Assembly (NCBI GenBank): GCA_963845755.1
Contig: CAWJTV010000039.1
Location: forward strand, 64,001 to 128,000
From: an uncultured Planctomycetota bacterium
GTDB taxonomy: Bacteria; Planctomycetota; Planctomycetia; Isosphaerales; Isosphaeraceae
Reading direction: 5' to 3'
DNA length: 64,000 nt
The position numbers and the translations under genes are program-made. Below the pieces are notes generated by a model, which saw only the letters and a list, made by a program, of their open reading frames with translations, ran no database searches and had not been told where the DNA came from. Position 1 is the stretch's first letter; each line of letters starts with the position of its first letter. Positions 29,301 through 40,200 of this stretch are shown piece by piece.

Positions 29301-30110
29301 ACTCCCATCGGGACGATTGCTCCAGATGATCCAAGGTCATACCAAAACCGTCGAATACCTCGTGTTCAGCTTCGACGGCCGCACGATTGCCTCCGGCGGC
29401 GCGGACAGCACGGTGCGGCTGTGGGACGCGGCCACCGGCCAGCCGCGGACCACCTTCACGGGACACACCGCCGAGATCAGTGGGCTGGTGTTCACACACG
29501 ACGGCCAGACCGTCATCTCGGGCAGCCATGACCGCACGATACAGGCCTGGGAGCCCGCGACCGGGGTCATCCGGTACGTCCTCCGCGGCCACTCCGATCG
29601 GATTCACGACCTGGCGATCAGCCCCGACGGGCGAACCCTCGCTTCAGCTAGCCGCGACAAGACATGCATCCTCTGGGATCTCCCGAACGTGCGCCCCGCG
29701 CGACTCTTCGAGGACACAAGGGTGAGGTCAACTCGGTTGCCTTTAGCCCGGACGGCCAGACCCTCGCGACGTCGTCTGACGACCGCACGGTGCGGCTTTG
29801 GGATGTCGCCGCCGGCTCAACCCGAGGCGTCCTGGAAGGGCACATCGACGAGGTCTACGCCCTCACTTTCAGCCCTGACGGCCGTCTCGCCTCGTCCGCT
29901 CTGGACAAGACCATCCGACTCTGGGACCCGGCCAGCCGGCAGACGTTGCTCATCCTCAAGGGGTACATGGGACGCCGCGAGTGCATCAAATTCAGCCCCG
30001 ACGGCAGAACCCTCGCCTCAGCAGGCAATGACCGCACCGTGAAGCTGTGGGAAGCCGCACCCGAGGCTGTCCTCGTCCCCGGATCCCCAAAACTCCGCAG
30101 TCTTCATTGA
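26335..30110 (+). CDS. Ser/Thr kinase - TM - WD40 repeat protein (copy 3; GTG start; frameshift near 29685)
   Basis: Kinase motifs; [10 protein letters not shown]; about 13 canonical GH..WD repeats. Confidence 0.92.
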
Positions 30111-30173
30111 ACGAGCCGCCCTCGCCGACCCGTGAAGCTAAGGGCGGAAAGCGTTCAACACCGAGGAGGGATC

Positions 30174-30420
30174 ATGAGCGAGCCGACTGTCGATTGCGAC
30201 CCCTTTGAGGTCGTCGCCGAGTCGTTCCGGGCGCGGTTCCGCTCCAGCCAGCGGCCCAGCGTCGAGGAGTTCGCCGCACGTTACCCCGAGCTGGCCCAAC
30301 AGATCCGCGACTGCTGCCGGCCTTGGTGATGGTCGAGCAGGACCTCGCATTTGACCCCGACGCCGGTCCCGATGGTGAGCCGCCCCGCCCCGATCCCTTC
30401 CCGCAACCGTCCGGCGAGTC
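30174..30420 (+). pseudogene. N-terminal fragment of a fourth Ser/Thr kinase
   Basis: GAGGAGG RBS; DPFEVVAESFRARFRSSQRPSVEEFAARYPELAQQIRD..LVMVEQ matches the kinase N-termini; no kinase core follows. Confidence 0.75.
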
Positions 30421-30712
30421 CGCGGCGCGGCTGGCCGCTGTCGTGCTTGCGGCTGGTCTGTGGCGCTACGGTTCCGGCACCTTCACGGCCCGAAACCCGC
30501 AGACCGGCCGCTTGAGCCCCAAGCGGCGAATCCTCGGGTTGCGGGAGCGTTCTCACTGAACTCGGCGGACGGGCACCGTCAGCGGCGCGGCCTGCGGTTT
30601 GTTGCGTCGCCGGACGCCCGATCGCGGCGACTTGCTCGAGAATGGGCCGCAAGCGGAGTCTGCAGACGGGACAAGATGTGAGGTGACAGCTGCTGAAAAC
30701 CTGCTGAAGATA

Positions 30713-30742
30713 TTGCTCATATGACGCCGATGCACCTATAAT
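30713..30742 (+). promoter_or_regulatory. sigma70-like promoter TTGCTC-N18-TATAAT
   Basis: Perfect TATAAT at 30737-30742 in a low-GC stretch, about 55 nt before a tRNA-Leu-like relic. Confidence 0.5.
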
Positions 30743-30799
30743 GTGCAATTGTCTCCTTGCCGCTCTAAGTTGTTGGTAAGCAACGCTATTCCAACGTCA

Positions 30800-30869
30800 G
30801 CCCAATTCGACGTTGATGGCAGAGGCGCCGGACTCAAAATCCGGTGCTCGGCAGGCCGACCCGTGCGGG
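30800..30869 (+). pseudogene. Degenerate tRNA-Leu(CAA), T-loop and 3' end lost
   Basis: GCCCAA start, TGGCAGAGGCG D-arm end, anticodon arm CCGGA-CTCAAAA-TCCGG, long variable arm ending CGTGCGGG; no TTCGA follows. Confidence 0.65.
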
Positions 30870-31011
30870 GGGGACAGGGGAAAAATAGGGGAAGGTATTG
30901 CCCGTGCGAGCCCAATCTTGGTTCGATGTGAAAGCCGTATGATTCTTGCGCATCCGGAGGGCCAGCAACGCGAATGCAACGTCGGACCAATATCTCCTCA
31001 ACGCTTTGCAG

Positions 31012-31036
31012 CTAGGTTCGAAATCCTAGCCTCCCA
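31012..31036 (+). pseudogene. 3' fragment of a tRNA (Gln-like T-arm and acceptor strand)
   Basis: CTAGG-TTCGAAAT-CCTAG-CCTCCCA; differs in sequence and orientation from the intact tRNA-Gln. Confidence 0.55.
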
Positions 31037-31203
31037 TCGGCTCGGTCAGCAGGGGGGTGGCGGTCGAGTAGTCTCACCGCCTGGGTTTCAAGCGGGCGTC
31101 ACCTTCTGCGGTTTTTCTGCGAATACTCGCGATGTCAGCGAAATGTGATTACAAACTAACCAACAGGCTGGTTGGACATAACTACCTGAATTGAAAGGGA
31201 AAC

Positions 31204-31277
31204 CAACGCGAGCCCAACCCCACAGCAACGTCAGTAGTGGCTAGACCGACTGGGTTCAGGTCCTATCGCGTGCACCA
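31204..31277 (+). pseudogene. Highly degenerate tRNA-like sequence ending in ACCA
   Basis: 74 nt; ACGCG/CGCGT acceptor pairing; AGCCCAA..ACAGCA D-like segment; CTGGG-TTCAGGT-CCTAT T-like arm; ACCA end. Confidence 0.4.
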
Positions 31278-31438
31278 GGCACCTGGCAGAAGTTGATATG
31301 GAGAATCGCAGATCACTCAATCAGGTGAACGGACGATCCGCAGTACACTTGATCTGTTATGAATGGCGTGCAGAAAAGTGGGTTCCGGTGGGCGAAATCT
31401 AACCATCTAGTTGGCGTAAGCCATTGCTGCTAAAGTAA

Positions 31439-31509
31439 CTGGGGATCAAGGATTCGAACCTTGACTAAGTGATCCAGAGTCACTCGTGCTACCGTTACAC
31501 CAATCCCCA
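31439..31509 (-). tRNA. tRNA-Gln (anticodon CTG)
   Basis: Reverse complement TGGGGATTGGTGTAACGGTAGCACGAGTGACTCTGGATCACTTAGTCAAGGTTCGAATCCTTGATCCCCAG folds as a cloverleaf; CCA not encoded. Confidence 0.97.
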
Positions 31510-31599
31510 AGGAGAACTCGCGATCGGATTCGTTCGATGATGCCTACATCCTACGAGTTCCGGCGATTCCTTTCAAGTCGAGCGGGATGTCGTGCGGAC

Positions 31600-32667
31600 T
31601 CAGAGGCTGGGGTTGGAAAACTCGCGGAGCGGAAGTGTTACGGGGACCTGGTGGCGCGAGCTACGGGCGACGGCCTCGGTGAATTGCATGTAGCGGACCC
31701 CTGTGCGAAAGCTGGTATGCGTCACCGGGCGTTCGCCCCGAATCGCGGCGACGAAATCGGCCTCGACGTTCCAGCCGCCTCGCTGCGAGTCGGGGATCCG
31801 CAGCACGCGCAGCCCCTCGTCGCCACGCTGGGCACCGCGGATCTCGTCGCGAAGCAGGTCGTAGATGAGCGTCCCCTGACTCCCGTACAGCGCAATCGCC
31901 ATCGCGTTGTCCTGCCAGACCACGCTGCTGAGGCGATAGACACCGCAGGAGCCGTCTTCCTGCGAGGTTAATACCTGGACGCTGTCCGGAGTGCCGACCC
32001 TTGCCTTCTTCCCTTGCTCCGGGTCGAATCGTTGCGGGATGATCTTCGACGCGTAGGCCAAAACGCGATTCGCCGGTGCCACCCAGCGGAGCACCGTCTC
32101 GTACAGGATCCCCAGGGAAAGCATGTTGAATCCCGAATAACGGGTCATCTGCCGCCAACCGAGCGGGGTTTCCCGATCGGCAAGCTGATCGTTCAGCGCG
32201 TGGACGTGGAGTTCGCGGAGCTTGCCAATCCAGCCCCCCGCGATCAGCGAATGCATGAAGGCGTCACCCGTGAGTCCGTAAGGACTGGGCACGACCATCG
32301 CCGTCAGACGCGGAGATTCCTCCGCCCGATCGCACATCCGTTGCGCCTCGCGCGCGTTCATCGCCATCCGCGCCTGGGTCAGGACGTGCTTGCCGGCGTC
32401 CAGCGCCGCCAGCGTCACCGAACAGTGTAGATACGGCCAAGCCCCGATGACGACCGCGTCCACCCCCGGATCCGCGACCAGATCTTCCCAGCTACTGTAG
32501 AGCCTCGGAATCTCGAAGTCGCGCGCCACTCGCGCCGTTGTCTCACGCGTGCGGTTGCAGACCGCAACCACCTTGACGCCAGCCAGACCCTGGAAACCAG
32601 GGAGGTGCCGCGTTCGCGTGATCTGTCCCGCCCCGACGATCCCGATGCGAACCTCGCTCGAGCTCAT
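31600..32667 (-). CDS. Gfo/Idh/MocA family oxidoreductase
   Basis: RIGIVGAG Rossmann motif; DAVVIGAWPYLH; ALDAGKHVL. Confidence 0.92.
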   Translation of the reverse strand: MSSSEVRIGIVGAGQITRTRHLPGFQGLAGVKVVAVCNRTRETTARVARDFEIPRLYSSWEDLVADPGVDAVVIGAWPYLHCSVTLAALDAGKHVLTQARMAMNAREAQRMCDRAEESPRLTAMVVPSPYGLTGDAFMHSLIAGGWIGKLRELHVHALNDQLADRETPLGWRQMTRYSGFNMLSLGILYETVLRWVAPANRVLAYASKIIPQRFDPEQGKKARVGTPDSVQVLTSQEDGSCGVYRLSSVVWQDNAMAIALYGSQGTLIYDLLRDEIRGAQRGDEGLRVLRIPDSQRGGWNVEADFVAAIRGERPVTHTSFRTGVRYMQFTEAVARSSRHQVPVTLPLREFSNPSL

Positions 32668-32990
32668 CGATCGCCCCATTATGTTGCATTTCGGTGCACG
32701 CGCGCCGGAGGGTTCTTGCCCGACCCCACTCAATTGTACTCGCTCCCAGACCCGCAAGCGACCGGATCGTCAGCAGAGGAAGATTATTAAATCCCGCCTC
32801 CTGGCATCGAGGCCCGGCGTCCCCCACTTTGATGCAGTGCAAGAATCATTTTATATTCAAATATTCGCCGAGTTGAATGAGCGTAAGTCCTGCCAGATTA
32901 GGGCATTGCGTTCATGGAATTCCCTTCTTGGAAGCTTCGAGCTCGATCTTTCCCATCCGTTCAGTCAACCATCACCTTCCCCGGCTGGGA

Positions 32991-33311
32991 TTATTCGCTA
33001 TCCCAGGTCCCTTGCTGGATCGTCACCTGGGGGGGTGCCTCGGGGGGGACGATCACTGGGACGCCCGCCGGGTTGCGTCGCGGGCGCATCGGCCCAAAAT
33101 CATCGCCGGCATAATTGCTCAGGTACAGCGGCCTCTTTTGCTCGAGCCAGGAAAAAATGGGCCGATAGGCGAGGTTGGTAGAATCGGCAGGCGGACGCTG
33201 GAACCAGCCTCCGAGCCGTCCGTCGGGCGATTGACAGGCCGGAAGCGCGATCAGGAAGACCCCAAGGACGACCCAGCGGGACAGTCGGAGTGGCCGTTTC
33301 GTCCTGGTCAT
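32991..33311 (-). CDS. Small putative lipoprotein
   Basis: Basic N-terminus, hydrophobic stretch, LPAC lipobox-like site. Confidence 0.55.
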   Translation of the reverse strand: MTRTKRPLRLSRWVVLGVFLIALPACQSPDGRLGGWFQRPPADSTNLAYRPIFSWLEQKRPLYLSNYAGDDFGPMRPRRNPAGVPVIVPPEAPPQVTIQQGTWDSE

Positions 33312-33559
33312 GGCGGATTGCATCCTTGCGATCCTGCGCCCGATCGCACTCCGGTTCATGGAAGCCAGCGCGGCCGACCCGGTCGTCGCCTCGGCCTCTC
33401 TGTGGCGCCTGTTTTCACGTGCTCCTCATTACATTATCGGTGATTCGCGCCCGGTAGATTGGCCAATTCGTCTCCGATACCATGAAGATCCGGGGACGGA
33501 TGGTCTCCAGCCGCGGTCTTGGGGAAGTGCATCGAGTTCACACAACGGGAGGTCTCGCC

Positions 33560-34064
33560 ATGCGGCGTTGTATCACGTGTCATGTCGCCATCGCGGCGAT
33601 CTGCATCTGGGTTGGGCCGGCGCGCGGCGAGCATGCCAAGATCCAGCTCGAGGTCGCCACACCGCGCGGGCAAGTCACGGCCTTCGTTGAACCAGACCCC
33701 GCCGGAGTGGGGGAAGAACCCGAGGCCCGTCGTTAGGGCCAAGGTCAAAGAGCCGATCCGGATCCAGTACATCCTCACCAACGTCTATCCGCACAAGACG
33801 TTGGAGAATGTGGTCGTCCACTTCTTCGTCGTGAAGGAGAAGAAGGCCGGCCAGAAAGATATCCCCGACTTGAAAGGCGATGTGGTGCTCGAGAGTGCCT
33901 TCGACATGGATTTCAAGCCTGGGGGCAAGGCCGGCCAGCGGACCACGCTCAAGATCGACACGCCCGGCGCCTACCTGATCCGGGTTGAGACCCAGAAGAC
34001 GCCAAGCGATCACGAACATTTCTCGGCCATCGATCTGGTCGTGGAGGAGGCGTCGAAGCCCTGA
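33560..34064 (+). CDS. Hypothetical secreted protein (one frameshift)
   Basis: GGGAGG RBS; signal peptide in ORF 33482 joined to the beta-rich body of ORF 33519. Confidence 0.7.
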
Positions 34065-34128
34065 CCGGGCGAGCTACGACCGGCTCGATTTCAGCGGAGA
34101 TCGGCCGGAGTCTGGGGACCTCTCCATC

Positions 34129-34610
34129 GTGAAGACCGTCGCCCGCTTCGTCCTTCGGCGTTTCTACTGGGTGGCCCTGTCGATCTGGCTGGGAGGATTC
34201 ACCCTCTACAGCGCGGTGGTGATCCCCATCCTGCACGATCATCTGGGAGTCCCGTTCGAAGTCGGGCTGATCACCCGGCGGGTGACGAACGTGCTCAATG
34301 CCATCGGCGTCGTGACCCTGCTGGTGGGATGGTGGCTCGTCGTCGATCCGGGCGCCGACCGGCCGATCGTAATTCAACGAATCGCCTACGCTCTGCGCCC
34401 TTGGCCATCTCGACCCTCTGCCTGGCCGCCCTGGTCGTGCTCCACGTGGTCATGGACGCGAAGCTCGATAGGGGCCGCCTGGCCGGCTTCTACTCCTGGC
34501 ATCGCGCGTATCTGTGGATCAGCACCGTGCAGTGGCTGGCCAACCTGGCCCTCTTGCTCTCAGCGGGGGGATGCGCTGAAGCCGGCTCGAGAGACGCAAC
34601 ACTGAGTTGA
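34129..34610 (+). CDS. Multi-TM membrane protein, DUF4149-like (frameshift)
   Basis: WLGGFTLYSAVVIPILH; FYSWHRAYLWIS; about four hydrophobic segments. Confidence 0.65.
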
Positions 34611-34766
34611 GGGCCGCCGGGGAAAAAACCTCAAGTGTCAAAGGGCACCGGCAGATACGGATTTCCCCTTGCAATCGGTTCAAGCCGGTGAACCCCCTGC
34701 GCCGATCGAATGGCTGTTGCTCGGCCGGGCGGATTGCCGGTTCGAGTGGGGCGGAGATCGGTGCCC

Positions 34767-36644
34767 ATGTCCTTGTGGTGGAACCGGATGTTCTCTCGCG
34801 ACTTCTGCCGTCGGGTTCGGTTTCTCGCCGGGATCGGGGCGGCGGCGGCGAGCCTGCTGATGGCCGGCGGATGGGCCGATTCGGAGCGATCCGGGCGCCC
34901 GGCCGCGGCCGAGGAGTTCTGGAGACCGGGCGTCCCCCGGGCGATCGCGGTTCGCGACGGCCGGGCGAGATTTCGGGTGGCAGCTCCTCCGCATTCGCAG
35001 ACACTCGTGGTGGTCTCGGCCCTGGCGCGATCTCCCGGCCCGTTCGCGATCCACCTCTCGGCGAACCCGGTGCCGGCGGCAACGATCCCGACGCTTGCCG
35101 ACGACGGCCCGCGGCGCGCCCCCGGCTCAGGGCGCCGGAATTGCCGCCGACCCCCGATCCGGTCGACCACTTGCCCCCGCAGCACCGATCTTTTCACATG
35201 ATGATCCACGAAGCGGATTCAGCGACCTCGAGCAACTACGCGCCGGTCCGTGGCGTTCTCAAAGGGGTCGGACGGAGGGTCCAGGTCTATGTCGCCGCGG
35301 AAGACGCCGAGACCGTCGATCGCGCGCTGATCAAGGACCTCATTACCACCTTCGATGACCGCATCCACCCCTTGACCTCGGCCGGGTTCGGGGCGGCGCG
35401 ACCTGGACGGCGACGGACGGTTCACCATCCTCCTCTCGAGCCGGCTCGGACAGCTCGGGGGCGGCCGGCATGCCGTTAACGGATTCGTCAGAGTGGCGGA
35501 CCTCGATCCGTTGCTGCCATCCCCCTTCGGCAATCATTGCGACATGATGTACTTGAACGCCTCGCTCAAGGCCGGTCCTTACGCGCGCACCGTCCTGGCC
35601 CATGAATATATGCATGCGGTTTCGTATACGGAGAAGTGCTCGAGACGGGCCTCGGCCGGCGAGCCGTGCGTGGACGAGGAGGGATGGCTCGACGAGGCGA
35701 TCGCCCACCTGGCCGAGGATCTGCACGGGTTTTCCACCGCGAACCTCGATTATCGGGTCAGCGCGTTCCTCTCGCGGCCCGAGTCCTATCAACTGGTGGT
35801 CGATGATTACTTCGCGGCGGACCTGTTCCGGAGCCACGGGAATCGGGGAAGCACCTACCTGTTCCTGAGGTGGTGCGTCGATCGATACGGGCCCCGGCTG
35901 ATCCCCGCGCTGGTGCATTCGACGCGGCGGGGCGTGGCCAATCTCGAGGCGGCGACCGGCACGACGTTCGCGGAGCTCTATCGACGTTGGTCGCTGGCGC
36001 TGTACCTCAGCGGGATGGATCCGCCCCAGGAGAGTCCGGCGGCGTCCCGCGACGGCTTCGTGTCGACCAACCTGCGAGCGCCGCTCGCGGACTGGGAGCT
36101 TGCCGGTCCGCGATCGACGCGGATGGTGGCCGGTGGCCCCGCGGAGCATTGGAATGCGTCGGGGACCAGCAGCCATTTCATCGTGATCGAAGGGGCGACG
36201 GTCGGCGCCGTGGAAGTCGAGGTCGTCGGACCGCCTGCGGCCCAGCTCCAGGTGACGGCCCTCCCGCTCGGATCGGACCGGGCTCGGCTGGCCTTATCGT
36301 TGCGTTCGAGCGTCGGGCCCGACGGCGGCCTGTGCATCCAGGCCAAGGTCGCGGAACAGCGCGGGATTCCCGTCCGGATCTCGGCTCTGGCCTGGGAGCC
36401 ATTGATCCCTGGTCCTTGTCCCCAGTCCGACGGCTTCCGAGCGGGGCGCCTCGACATGCTGGGTGTCGCCTCCGCCTTCGGGACTTCGGCGGTCCCGGCG
36501 AACGGCGCGATCGAATCCCGGCCGATTCTACTGACCCACATCCCGCGCGGGAGCGGCCCGATGGTCGTGAAGGTCGTCGGGACCGACGACCGGGGACGTC
36601 GCGTCAGTGCCTGGGCCGATCTGAACCCGGTCGCGGAGCCCTGA
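34767..36644 (+). CDS. Secreted zinc metallopeptidase, M30-like (frameshifts)
   Basis: VLAHEYMH plus WLDEAIAHLAE; signal-like N-terminus. Confidence 0.75.
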
Positions 36645-36678
36645 GTCGCCGTGAAGCGACCCCATTCGTTCTCATCTC

Positions 36679-36950
36679 TCAGCGTGCGAACGGATCGACG
36701 GGGAAATCCAGGCCGTCCAGGATCGCCCGGAATGCCGGATCCGAACGGATCGGGTCGAAGAGCGGCTCGTTCTTCAATCGGGCGGCGTCTTTGATGCCGT
36801 CGGCGACCGCCTGGTGGAGCACGGCGACGGCATCGGCCATGAATCGCCGGCGTCGCTGCTCGAGTTGTTGCGCATCGAGCTTGGTCGGGTACTTGCCGGC
36901 GAGTCCCGCCTTACGGGCGTAGTCGACGGATATGTCGTAGAGTATCTCAT
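36679..36950 (-). pseudogene. Orphan C-terminal fragment of a planctomycete kinase/TPR protein
   Basis: AVAVLHQAVADG..LKNEPLFDPIRSDPAFRAILDGLDFPVDPFAR with no upstream body. Confidence 0.6.
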
Positions 36951-37209
36951 TGTTGACTATGAACTTACTTCCGAGACTCACCGCCTCGCAACGGGTTCGA
37001 GCGGTCGTGTTCTTGCGTCCATGTGAATCGCTCCGGCGATTCGTGCTGGAAAAACTTTGGATCGAGTTTGTCCGTTCGCGAGCGCATGGCGCGGTCTCTT
37101 TGGTGTTGACGACGTTGCGACGGGCGGGGAGTTCACCGGGACGAGCCCGCGCATCTCCGCTAGATGATGTTGAAGCCGCGAGAGTTTTCCATCCCGGGAG
37201 ACGTGGATC

Positions 37210-40200
37210 ATGCTACGCGCGCATCGTGGGGTATCGCATCGCAGGGCTCATCGGCACGGCCGTTCACTCCATGTCTTCCTCGAGGCCCTCGAGCCTCGGA
37301 TCGCGCTGAGCACGTTTAATGTTTCCACCGAGACCGAACTGCGCTCCGCCATCGCTGCATCGGACAGCAACAGCTCCAGCAGCAACACCATCAACGTGGC
37401 CAGCTCGATCACGCTGAACGACGCAAGTGCTGGCCAGCTCGAGATCGAGAACACCTCGAGCACGCCCAAGACCCTGACGATCGTGGGCCAGGGGACATCG
37501 CCGTCGGACGCGGTGATCTCGGGCTCGTTCAACCTGGAAGACCCGGATCTTCGAGATCGTGGGGACGGGATCGTTGACCGTGACGGTCGTGTTCAAGGAC
37601 CTGGAGATCAAGGGGGGCAACGCGAAGGACGGCGGTGTCCTGGGCGGGAACGCGGCCCTGGGGGGCGGCCTGTTGATCGATGGTGAGCAGGTGACGCTCA
37701 GCCATGTGACCGTGTCGTCCGATGGCGCGACGGGCGCGACCGGCACCGCGGGCGCGGCGAGGAACAGCGGCAAGGCCGGGGGTCTCGGCGGCAATGGCGG
37801 CTACGCCCGAGGCGGCGGCATCTACCTGGCGAGCGGCCAACTGAGCCTGATCGATTCCACCATCCAGGACGACAGGGCCAGGGGGGGCATGGGGGGTCAG
37901 GGTGGCGTCGGCGCGAGCGGGGCCTCCGGAGCCCACGGCGCGGCCGGCGGCGTCGGAGTTGACGGCAAGACCGGCGGTACGGGCGCGGCCGGCGCTCGCG
38001 GCGGGACCGGCGGCGCCGGGGGATCGGCCGCGGGCGGGGGGATCTACCAGGCCGGTGGTCAACTCAGCCTGGTCAACTCTCAGGTGGGCGACGACGGGGC
38101 GACCGGCGGGACCGGCGGCGCCGGCGGTGCGGGCGGCAGCGGCGGCCGGGGTGGCAACGGCGGCTCGGGTGGGAGCGGTCTCAGCGCGGCGACGGCCGGC
38201 GGCCGGGGGGCCAAGGGGGCCGCCGGCGGGGCTGGTGGCGATGCGGGCCAGGGTGGCAACAGCGGTCCGGCGGGCCGCGGGGGCAACGCATCCGGAGGCG
38301 GGCTGTACATCGCCTCGGGCACCATGACGTTGTCGGGTGGGAAATTCGACTCCAATACCGTCCTGGCGGGCGTCGGGGGCGCCGGGGGGACCGGTGGCCC
38401 TGGCGGCGAGCCCGGGGAGGGCGGACCCGGAGGCCATGGCGGCACCGGCGGTGCCGGCAAGGGCTCGGGAGACGTCGGGGGCGCCGGGGGGACCGGCGGG
38501 GCCGGCGGCGCCGGGGGCAAGGCGGGTGCCCGGGGGCAAGGGCGGCGCCGGGGGCACTGGCGGCTTGGCCCAGGGGGCCGGGATTGACCTGGCGAACGGC
38601 CAGGCCAGCGTGAAGACCGGATCGTTTATCGGCAACAACGCCGACGGGGGGCTCGGCGGCGTGGGCGGTGTGGGCGGTCAGGGTGCGCTGGGAGCGGTCA
38701 CCGGTGGTGGTGAGGGAGGTCGTGGCGGGGTGGGCGGCATGGGCGGCCCATCAGCCGCGGGCGGACCCGGCGGGGCCGGTGGGCCGGAAGGTCGCGGTCT
38801 CCCCGGCGGTAACGGCGGTGCGGGCGGACCCGGCGGCAACGGAGGAATGGCCGAGGGCGCTGCGATCTTCGTCGCGGGCGGCACCTTCAACCTGACCAAC
38901 TCGGTCCTGGGGGAGGATAGGGCCGTCGGGGGAGCCGGAAAGGCCGGTGGCGGCGGTGGTGTCGGTGGCGATGGTGGCGGCGGCGGCCTCGGTGCCGGCG
39001 GCGCCGGCGGTGGCGGCGGTGCTGGAGGTGGCCCTGGCGCCCAGGGCCACGCCGGTCCCGGCGGTGCTGGCGGTGCCGGCGGCGGCGCGGGGATCGTCGG
39101 TTCCGGGGGCGCGGGCGGCGCGGCGGGATCGTCGGGTACCGGCGGTGATGCCCATGGTGGCGGGATCTACGTGGCCGGCGGCACGATGACCCTGACGCTC
39201 GTCAGCGTGAATAATGAATCGATCGTGGGTGGCGCTGGCGGCGGCGCGGTCAACAGCAGCAGCGGTTTCGGCAGCTCGGACGGCGCCGGCGGCGCCCCGG
39301 GCGGCGCCGGGGGCGCAGGCGGCAATGCCGCCTGGGGTGGCCAGGGCGGCACGGGTGGAAACGGCGGCGCCTACAGCTCTTCCAGCAACCCGGGTTATAA
39401 CGGCAACGGCGGGACCGGCGGCGCCGGCGGCCTCGCCGGCGAGGCCGCCAAGGGCGGCGCCGGCGGAGCTGGTGGGAATGCCTCGGGCGGCGGGCTCTAC
39501 GTGGCGACGGGCCAGGTGACCTTGGCCGGCGTGCAGGTCTCCGCCAATACCGCGACGATCGGCGACGGGGCCAACGGCGGCCCCGGGGGTGCGGCCGGCG
39601 CCGCCGGGACCGGAGGGCAAGTCAGCGCCGCTCTCGGCGGCGCCGGCGGCCTCGGCGGCAACGGCGACCGGGGCGACGGCACCACCGGCAAGGCGGGTCC
39701 CAGAGGGGCCCTCCCAACCGCCGGCGTCCCGGGATCGCCCGGCGTCGCCGGGACCAATGGCACGGCTGGCACCGCCAGCGATGCCGAGACCTTCGGCACC
39801 TTCACCCAGCAAACGCTCCAGCTCGTCGCGACCACCCCGCTCCCCAGCACCATCGCGCCCTTCACCGTCTTCGGCCTAACGGTCGCCCTGGAAAACGCCC
39901 AGGGTCAGGTTGACACCAATTTTGATGGCAGCGTGACCTTGAAACTGACCAGCAATCCCGACACGGGCTTCCTCAGCGGCAATACCACCGTGACGGCGCA
40001 GAACGGCGTGGCGACCTTCTCCGATCTCAGTATCGGCGTGAACGGCAACGATACCCTGACCGCGACCACCACCGGGGTCTCCTCGTCCCCGGTTCCGATT
40101 GTCGTTCAGTTACCGACACCAACGCCCACTCCTACACCAACGCCCACCCCCACACCAACGCCCACCCCCACGCCGACACCGACGCCGACGCCCACCCCCA

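Noticed and set aside
13916..30110. Diversity-generating retroelement acting on the WD40 sensors
   Set aside because: No reverse transcriptase and no template/variable repeat pair with adenine-specific differences seen
31012..31036. att repeat of the adjacent tRNA-Gln(CTG)
   Set aside because: Opposite orientation and different stem sequence (CTAGG/CCTAG versus CAAGG/CCTTG)
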